From contig OZ076410.1 of the NCBI GenBank assembly GCA_964187785.1, forward strand, positions 41,044,001 through 41,108,000: DNA of 64,000 bases, written 5' to 3'. The translations under genes were made by a program, and so were the position numbers. Below are positions 57,501-64,000 of this stretch, piece by piece; position 1 is the stretch's first letter; each line of letters opens with the position of its first letter. Source of the DNA: Amphiscolops sp. MND2022 (taxonomy: Eukaryota). The notes beneath the pieces are model-generated. The model was not told the DNA's origin. It saw only the letters and a list, made by a program, of their open reading frames with translations, and made no database searches.

Positions 57501-59932
57501 CTGGCAAAGTTGAACGCCAGGAGTTCCACTGATTTTTGGTCTGCCATTTGCAGGACGTGGTAGGCTTGAGAGCAGTCAAGCTTGCAAAACAGTTTCTTTC
57601 CGGCTAGATGCTGGGCTGCATCCGAGAGGGTGCTCACAGGGTGATTATTGTTTATATAATCGTCGGAAATGAGGTTGTTGATCTTTCGTAAGTCAACTAG
57701 CAATCGTAGGCGTCCGTTTGGTTTTCTTTGGGCAAATATTGGGCTTGCGTACTTGCTGAAAGGGAGCGTGGTGATTATGCCGTAGTAGTGCATTAACGCC
57801 AATTCGACTGTCAAGTCATCTTTCAGGTTGACTGGGCAGGGTAGGCTTTGAGTGTACGCTGGCTGTTCGGATTTGGGGGTGAGCTTTATTTTGAATTCGT
57901 TGTTAATTCCGATATGAAGACGGTGCCTTGCGAAGATATCGTTGTATTCTACAAGGATTGCTTCTATGTCCTTTTTGTCTTCATCACTGAGTTGTGAATC
58001 CGTCCACTTGAAATTGGATAGGAAAGTTGCTCTGTCCTCAGGGCTGTCATGAGGATTGAGTTTCTGGATGTTTTCCAGTTCTTCTATCTCTCTCAGTATC
58101 CTGCTCTGGATAGGTGTGTGTGTTGATGGGTCTCCTGGGTTTTCCGGTGTGGGGAACCAGAAATTTTGAACAGTCTGAGGCTTTTCAGACGATTTGAGGA
58201 GTTCGTTTACATATTCTAGCGCCTGTTCGGAATCGTCTTCTGCTAATACCTTTAGGGCTGCAGAGTTGATTGGGTGGAGTTGCTTGGCTTCCTGGGGGGA
58301 TAGAATGGTGAATTCTGCAAGATTTGTGTTCTTTTTGAGGGTGAATGGGTTTGGAGATGTGTTGGTAACCCTGATTTCGATTTTGGAGTTTGTGACTGTT
58401 GATAGAGAGCTGGCTACTACCAGTTGGTGTTCTCCGGAGTATGGTTCAGTAGGGTTGATGATTCCTGTGGTGTTTGTCAGGGTACGTAGGTTGATGCCGG
58501 CTTCAATTGTTACACACTGGTCGGGCATGATGGTGAGTTGGGTTTTGGTAGTGACTTTATGGTGTCTTGAGATTGTCTCGTTATCGTCTGCAGAAATTGC
58601 GTAAGTCAGGTGAGGGAAATGTAAGAGGGCCTGACTGACGTCGAGGATTGCGCTATTGTTTTTAAGAAAGGTGAGTCCGAGGATGGGCCCTGTCATCTTT
58701 GTGGCTACGATGAACGTCTCTTTGAACGTCCAGTCGCCTAGTTCAAATTGTAGTTGAACTGTTTTTGTGGGGGTTTCTATCTCGCCGTTTGCGACCTGCA
58801 ATTTAAATGTTGGTGGATCCATTTCTTTGAGGATGTTATCTGGGCTTACTGTTTTGATTTTCTGGAATTCACTTTCTGGTAAGCAGTTGACGAGTGCTCC
58901 GGAGTCAACAAGCGCGTCGACTGAAATGTTGTTGAAATCCATCGGGGCGAAGAGCATTTTCCTTTTCTTTTTCAGATTGATGGCCGAAAAAATTGGTATG
59001 CATTTTTCGCTTGTTTCTGGGTCTGTAATTGCAATTTCATGCAATTGTTTGTTGGTTTGAATCCATTCTTCATCTTGTTCTAGGTTGGTTGGCTCTTCTC
59101 TTGAGGTTTGGGTAGAGATGAGTGGGCTGTTTGTCGCTGTTTTAGCTTCTGTTTGCTGGTTGAATTCGCAGGTCAGAGTTCGTTTGACGCGGCGAGTTCT
59201 CGGTTGTGTTGTGGGTTGACTTGCAATTGTTTGGTCCCCGGCTTTTGTGTCGTCAACCAGGGTTTTAGGGGTGGAGTATTTATGTTCAGGACTCTCTGGA
59301 CTGGAGGGGGACGACGTCATAGCTGCCCGGATTTCATTGGGGGTGGCTGGGAGTTTCGTGGGTGACTGGAAGTCAACCAGTGGCGATTGATTGTTGTGTT
59401 TGAGGATTGACTTGAGGGAAGTCGTTGGAGGTGTTACGATCACGGTGATTTCTGTGTCGTATTCTTCTTCAGCCTGTGGTTCGGGAGTATGACTGAGGTC
59501 GTCTTTCCTTCTTGGGGTTGTCGAGATGTCCATGTTGGTTTTGGCTATGAATTCGTGAAATGGTACGTTGATTGACTGTCTGAAGACAAGGTTTGTTGAG
59601 TCATATAGAGTGTCGTTGTAGTATGGGTCGCATTCGAAGTCGGGGTCGTAGATGTAAGTTTCAGGTGTGGAGCTGGGAAGTAATGGTCTGCGTGTTGTGT
59701 TGTATTGGGTGGGGTTTTGGGTGTACCAGTCTGGGTAGGGGAGTTTGTCCAAGGTGTTTTTGTTGAATTTGATGATGCGTCTTATGAGCCATCGTCGCTG
59801 CCAGTCGATCGATGGTTCACCTGAGCATTCCATAAATAATTCCTTGTCGAAGTCCTTCGGGGGTTCAGATATGGTGTAGTATCTGAAGTCGGTGTAGTCC
59901 CCGAAGCGAAGACGTGGCTTTAGTAGTTTTTT
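54557..59932 (-). CDS. pol: E2 pol (novel N-terminal domain, aspartic protease, RT, RNase H, integrase), reached by a predicted -1 frameshift
   Basis: Open 1758-aa ORF, still open upstream to the slippery site. LVDSGA, QYVDD, TDANF, HHGMHNKHPG..CMKC, TDKGTQF, GILERCH, WTGPF; no chromodomain or env. Confidence 0.97.
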   Translation of the reverse strand, partial: KKLLKPRLRFGDYTDFRYYTISEPPKDFDKELFMECSGEPSIDWQRRWLIRRIIKFNKNTLDKLPYPDWYTQNPTQYNTTRRPLLPSSTPETYIYDPDFECDPYYNDTLYDSTNLVFRQSINVPFHEFIAKTNMDISTTPRRKDDLSHTPEPQAEEEYDTEITVIVTPPTTSLKSILKHNNQSPLVDFQSPTKLPATPNEIRAAMTSSPSSPESPEHKYSTPKTLVDDTKAGDQTIASQPTTQPRTRRVKRTLTCEFNQQTEAKTATNSPLISTQTSREEPTNLEQDEEWIQTNKQLHEIAITDPETSEKCIPIFSAINLKKKRKMLFAPMDFNNISVDALVDSGALVNCLPESEFQKIKTVSPDNILKEMDPPTFKLQVANGEIETPTKTVQLQFELGDWTFKETFIVATKMTGPILGLTFLKNNSAILDVSQALLHFPHLTYAISADDNETISRHHKVTTKTQLTIMPDQCVTIEAGINLRTLTNTTGIINPTEPYSGEHQLVVASSLSTVTNSKIEIRVTNTSPNPFTLKKNTNLAEFTILSPQEAKQLHPINSAALKVLAEDDSEQALEYVNELLKSSEKPQTVQNFWFPTPENPGDPSTHTPIQSRILREIEELENIQKLNPHDSPEDRATFLSNFKWTDSQLSDEDKKDIEAILVEYNDIFARHRLHIGINNEFKIKLTPKSEQPAYTQSLPCPVNLKDDLTVELALMHYYGIITTLPFSKYASPIFAQRKPNGRLRLLVDLRKINNLISDDYINNNHPVSTLSDAAQHLAGKKLFCKLDCSQAYHVLQMADQKSVELLAFNFASRTFAYLRLAQGLSRSLSSFSSFMREYLDRVIKADKCAQYVDDIGIATHTAEELKNNLREVFQCIREAGLRLTMAKCQFGAKEVEFLGRTVSPEGIAPQCHKIKNYLQKLSFPKTKKGLQRYIGFVNYYRNYIPRLSEKIAPFHELVKADKPIKITNEIIGTFDNINKALDNACGLWLKQPLPNKQYVLMTDANFKNAGYALMIEENADEKLTSVKKTYAPVAFGSKTFSPSQIKMSIYAKEFLAIYFAFMEYSHMLWGSTKPVIVLTDNKSVTRFFQTKIIPPALWNACDFVLQFNFTIAHVPGRMNTAADFLSRLDLDPKEKVQLLIRDDIQTTPIEVHIQSSNVAEEEQFYFLPDDDIETEEQIWERKQRARKKILGNDTPPTPGEEANNETVQTEDTTVIFQTEITRHNKTTEDKENTLPTDMRHQQDQDSVLRNYKLRLLKEPYDEHLMATDHRALRYTAQESRIILKDGLLYRQYFGETGTVKHLQVLLPEQLVDSFIEAHHGMHNKHPGITKVIQQCREKYYYPSLAARIAKHINQCMKCMQTKRTDNRLLTPPMIDTSKLAMGPEDALQMDIVPFDEPSNGFTAIVTAMDVFSRYLFTYCVTKIDARSIARVLVDIMTRHAYLPTTIITDKGTQFMSEVMADTTRVLGIQLRHATTKHAQTIGILERCHASLKEALKISTGERRTMWHQFVPTATLNYNTTYHSALGCEPSRVFHGRIPYNVLDLKFGLKQNQTQNPKTDIGEEVVQKTRMIHQSVTKHLLHSYIRYKQYYDKKASAHPLAANDYCYALHPQANNQGSKLPFREYLWTGPFVVVKTLPNNNYLVRKLQTNKTQILHRIRLKPCPTKNRLPDIQVQTKDFQPDDEVEILHDDLYALAWQSGFEHFVMTHNHDSNNESAINPTDSHDVLENIAQDDTHDILTEPQPEQQESQPEPNPNPEPSSPRKGKYNLRSNPPSNWKRDYAYYNPMVVSSNE

Positions 59933-61335
59933 GGCTGGTATTGTGGTTGTGCCACGGTTTGTGGCTGCTGATTTGCTGAAGGTTGTTGGATAGTTTCGGG
60001 TGCAGATTGTTGTGGTAGGGGTATACTGTTGGCGCCTGTTGATTTAGGCATTTTCCACCAGGTAGGGCGGTTTGCCCAGTTCGCCCCAGAATAGCAGTCT
60101 TTAGTCTCGTGGCTTAATTTGCCACATGTTTCGCAGGGGTCGGTGATGTTATTGCTGGGGGGTTTTTGGTTCCGTTTGTCTCGGTTTGTCTTCCTGCAGT
60201 TGCGGAGGAGGTGGCCCTGGTGTCCGCAGCCAAAGCACGTGCTTGCAGTTTTCGGGTGTCTCCCCTGATTGGATGTGTTGGCGGGTTCGACATTGTGTAT
60301 GCCGGTAAATGTAGTGGATTCTGGATTTGCCAATCCGTTGAGCTCCATCTCCCGCTCTAGGTGCTGGACCATCGTTTCATATGATGCTGTTTCAAGGCGT
60401 GCTTGATTTAACACTCTTTTGAGATGTATCGGCATTTTTGCGTAGAAGGAGGTTTCTATAAAACGGGGTGCATCGTCGGCGTATGCCTCTTGGGCAAGTT
60501 TCTGGTAGTTCTCCAAGAAATCTTGGAATGTTTGGTTCGCCGGGTCGAATGTGAGGTTTTCCCACTTACACCTGGCAGTGGCTATTGACTGGGTTTTTAC
60601 ATATCGTCGTCTGAATCCGGCGATGATGTCGTTCAGGTTGGTTTTGGTTGTTTCGGTCATGTTCCGAAAGGTTTGCAAGGCGTCTCCTCGCAGTAGGGAG
60701 TGGAAATAATGTATTTTCTCTTGCTCCGTTATTTGGGGATGGACCTTCAAGCTTGTTTGAAACAAATCTTCGAAGAGTTCAAACTTCTCGTTTTTACCGT
60801 CAAATGTTGGCATTGTCGTGGCAAGCGTTTTTGGTAGGCGGGGTAATTGTGCTGTCTGTTGTTGTGTTGCGTACAGAGATTCTAACAGCTTGTCGATGAT
60901 TTCGTCGGAGTGCCTCTGGTTTGGAGGCGGCAGGCTCGAAGACCGGGGGTGGGTGTTGCTGGAGGTCGGTTCGCTAATTACTCCTGTCACCATGTTGGAA
61001 CTCTCGTTCCTAGATAAACCAACTTCTTCTAGTTCTTCAGTGGGGTTTCCACTGTTCTCAGTCCTGGTCGTCAAGTAACCTTGTTCAGAATTGACGCTTG
61101 ATAAGTTATCGACTTTGGACGATAGACTCTCAATCAATTTTAATATCTCGCGTTGGTTGAGTTCAGTGTCTCTGAGACGCTTAGAAATTTTATTCTCAAT
61201 TTTATTGGATATGTCTTCAAAATCCCTTTCCGAAAGTACGGCGTTTTCGTCGTTGATCGAGCTTGCCGTCTCTATGTCGAACTGGCTGGTCGACTGGTCA
61301 CTCCTCAACTTTCGTTTTTGAGATTTCTCAGGCAT
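59920..61335 (-). CDS. gag: E2 Gag, 471 aa; the first 114 codons lie in the 5' LTR
   Basis: MPTFDGKNEKFELFEDLF; CFGCGHQGHLLRNC and CETCGKLSHETKDC knuckles. Confidence 0.96.
   Translation of the reverse strand: MPEKSQKRKLRSDQSTSQFDIETASSINDENAVLSERDFEDISNKIENKISKRLRDTELNQREILKLIESLSSKVDNLSSVNSEQGYLTTRTENSGNPTEELEEVGLSRNESSNMVTGVISEPTSSNTHPRSSSLPPPNQRHSDEIIDKLLESLYATQQQTAQLPRLPKTLATTMPTFDGKNEKFELFEDLFQTSLKVHPQITEQEKIHYFHSLLRGDALQTFRNMTETTKTNLNDIIAGFRRRYVKTQSIATARCKWENLTFDPANQTFQDFLENYQKLAQEAYADDAPRFIETSFYAKMPIHLKRVLNQARLETASYETMVQHLEREMELNGLANPESTTFTGIHNVEPANTSNQGRHPKTASTCFGCGHQGHLLRNCRKTNRDKRNQKPPSNNITDPCETCGKLSHETKDCYSGANWANRPTWWKMPKSTGANSIPLPQQSAPETIQQPSANQQPQTVAQPQYQPKNY
59926..59932 (-). 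promoter_or_regulatory. -1 ribosomal frameshift heptamer A AAA AAC
   Basis: One codon before the gag stop; pol is in the -1 frame. Same heptamer in E3 (33929-33935). Confidence 0.8.
60980..60992 (-). promoter_or_regulatory. E2 PBS TGGTGACAGGAGT
   Basis: Directly follows the LTR terminal CA. Confidence 0.9.
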
Positions 61336-63044
61336 CTTGTAAAATAGTGGAGAGACAATATTTCAATTAAACTTGAGTCGTTACAAACGTAATGGAGACT
61401 TCAGTTCAGTGAATTGTCAGAGTTTTCGAAACAAAAGAATTATATTAAGCAAAGGTAATTAAAACAATTATTACAAAGGCAAAATTTCCGGAGAACGGTT
61501 AATCAAACGCACTTGGAAAAATCAAATTATCAACTAACTTTTCCTAATCCCGCTTCAGGTATTTATACTTTACGCTAGACACGCGGGGAAAACCCCGCGC
61601 GTGAATTCACACCTTGTTCACCTCGGCGTCCTTTCCAAAGCGGGGAAATCCAAATAAGGTATTCTTCCTCGGGACTCGGCGTTCGGTTCCAACCCACTTT
61701 AAAGAAAAGTGGGAATTCACTTCCTGCCGCTTCCCGATTCCGCGTCCCTTTCTTCTTCATTTCCCGCCTTTTCAAGACGCCGAAGGTGAAGTTGGCACTG
61801 AAATTCATGAACCTAGCTACTGAAGCGGGAAAAGGAAATGAATTTTCCTTTAAATAAAATAAGCAATTCAACATAAGAGAAAACTGCACTAATTTCTGAG
61901 TTGACAAAATTAGGGGTGATGATCACAACTATCGACGCACTTTCACAAATTTAACATTAAACACGTGCCTGGTCGACGGACATAATACTCAAACGAGGTC
62001 AAACAACCAGGCTAACAGCCCAAATTAATGCATGTGAAAAGGGGGGCAAGATTATTCAGTTAGGTAGCATCTGGGAGTAATTTCCATTCGGTCAACAAAT
62101 ATGGTATGTCGGACGATTGTCACTATCATAACGTATTAATATTTCACTCAAATTTGATACATCATTAATTAATCAAACGGTTGTCCAGGCGGGAGTCCCA
62201 GCTCATACTAATATTATTCATCATTTCGCTTCGCTTGAATGATTTGTAACCTTCCATGTATAATTAAGATAGCACATTTACATGTATCAAGGCAGTTATT
62301 CATTATCTATTGGTGTTTTGGTTCTTTACTGCTCCATCTAAGTTGGGCTGATTGTCCCGGCGGTCGTCCCAGTTTATAAATATAGACCGGTTGTCCCAGC
62401 GGTCGTCCCAGAACTCATGGTTGACAAATTAACAATTGTACTTTGGTATATTATAAATATTACATATTCCAACTCTATTACTTAAAACTGCATATTTTAA
62501 GCTTCTTCTAAGCTCTGAATTTGAGTTTATTTCACATTTAGCGTCGTTTGAGTACACTAGCATTTCAGATAATTCAGTCGAGCAGCCAGGCGTGCGTCCC
62601 AGCTTTGTCGACTGAATTGCTTGGCTAGCAGAGTAACTGAATTAATACTGCACATTCGCGCTTAGCGCTGATTGGTTAATTAAAGGGGCAGTGAGAATTA
62701 GTGTGTTTTGCTACGCAGATATTGGGACGGTAGGCTGGTCAGTGCGCTGGTTGGAATAACTTCAATCAGCGTATTGGTCAAGCTACTGCAAACAAATCAC
62801 ATTTACAACAAGTTATTATTATTTAATTATTTACATATTTATGTATTTCAGGTACTGCAGGGGGTTGATGATATTAATATTATGCACTTACAGGGTTGTT
62901 CAATATCAATGAGTGTTTGTTTGTTGATTGTTTTCTTTCAGGTTTGTGATGGTTTATTAGCTTCTTCTTGGTTAATTTCTCCATTTCTTTCCTCTGGCGT
63001 TCTCTCTGTTCTTATTATTTCACGGCCCTGTGGCGGCTGTGACA
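60993..63044 (-). repeat. E2 5' LTR (2052 bp)
   Basis: Only two substitutions versus the 3' LTR were spotted by eye (not exhaustive). Confidence 0.97.
61531..61567 (-). promoter_or_regulatory. E2 LTR core promoter (TATAAA + TTAGTTG)
   Basis: Same motif pair and spacing as in E1. Confidence 0.7.
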
Positions 63045-64000
63045 CTAACCTGACCAGACCTCAAAACATGAGAATGTATTTTTAAAACTTTTTGGAATCT
63101 GTGTTTTTTCACTTTTTAAAATAAAATTTATCAGTGAACCGTTTTTAAAAAATGAAGTTTGAAAAGAAGCAAAATTTTCAACCTGTTCGACACCCGCTTT
63201 TCGTTGAAATTTGATTCCGTTTTGCACACTTGATTAACGAACGTTTTTTTATATTCGTCAGAAAATGGTAAAATTCATCAGAAAATGGTTTTTAAAAGTC
63301 AAGAATCTTCCTGTTAAGACTCAGAATACATCGAATGTAACGTCCACTATTCAAATCTAGCTCAATCGGTCACAATCGAAAAAGTTGTTTCATTAGGAAA
63401 CGGCGTTTTTATAGTTCAATTTGAAACCATTCGAAAGTTTGATACTGTTTGGATATATACATTTATTATCATCGAAAGGTGATGATTTGTTTGAGAAAAA
63501 TCGAACAAACTATCACCCTTTGGAGATGATAAATGTAACAAAATCACGGCGATTGTGCCGTTGCGGTTGACAGAATACTTCTTAGGACTAACGTTTTAGC
63601 TCACTAGAATCCCCATTGTGTTCGTGAATGCCCCCGATCGGCCTCAGTCTGTTACTGCTGAAAGTCACATAGACACATAGACGAATTCACAGACGTTCTG
63701 TCAAAATAGAAAAAACCAGGTAGAATTTGCAAAAAATGAAATCCGAGTCCTCCGTACAGAAATTGAATGGATGGGTCACAAGATAGACCAACACGATATC
63801 AAACGAAAAGAAAATCTTTTCCTGTGGGCAATTCAGTAATCGTTTAAATGCATAGAGAATTGTTTCAGTCCGAGCGGATAAACTGATACAAAGTTTGAAA
63901 AACGACAACGAGCTGATCTGAAGAGACGAACACACGGCAGCATTGGGAACTCAAGGCACGCAAGCACAAAGAGATTAGGCGCCACGCAAGGGCAAGGCCG

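Larger units (their letters stand above)
47365..63044 (-). mobile_element. E2: intact full-length complex Ty3/Gypsy LTR retrotransposon (15.7 kb)
   Basis: Two 2052-bp LTRs, TSD CTAAC at 47360-47364 and 63045-63049, PBS, PPT, all ORFs open. Confidence 0.98.

Noticed and set aside
54787-61078. Many 60-140 aa ORFs opposite or overlapping gag and pol (here and in E1)
   Set aside because: Shadow frames of biased coding sequence, not conserved between elements.
63687-63935. Minus-strand 82-aa ORF at the window end
   Set aside because: No recognisable motif or supported splice context.
1-64000. CRISPR arrays, rRNA, prokaryotic operons
   Set aside because: No repeat-spacer arrays or rRNA-like sequence; spliceosomal introns and LTR elements indicate a eukaryote.

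Overview
Eukaryotic (intron-containing, probably invertebrate) genomic DNA that is mostly LTR retrotransposon. The left end holds at least four minus-strand exons of a host DC-STAMP-domain (DCST1/sneaky-like) gene and a decayed, internally deleted Ty3/Gypsy remnant (E0, 3538-7686). The rest is three related, unusually complex Ty3/Gypsy elements. E1 (10456-30476, +) has TSD CTATC, is mutated and carries a 4.4-kb internal tandem duplication. E3 (31351-45985, +) is heavily decayed. E2 (47365-63044, -) has TSD CTAAC, near-identical LTRs and all ORFs open. Shared design: long LTRs (about 1.5-2.05 kb); gag starting inside the LTR and reading through a tRNA-Leu-like PBS; an A-AAA-AAC -1 frameshift into a pol with an extra domain before the protease; a large antisense gene; and a sense ORF that reads through the PPT into the 3' LTR. 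In E1 and E2 the antisense gene has five exons and four phase-1 GT-AG introns. It encodes a protein of about 1110-1176 aa with a BED-like zinc finger and a possible catalytically dead hAT-transposase fold. This complex-retrovirus-like organisation is the main candidate for an undescribed system. All alignments and translations were done by eye, without database searches. Some single-base indels in homopolymers could be sequencing errors.
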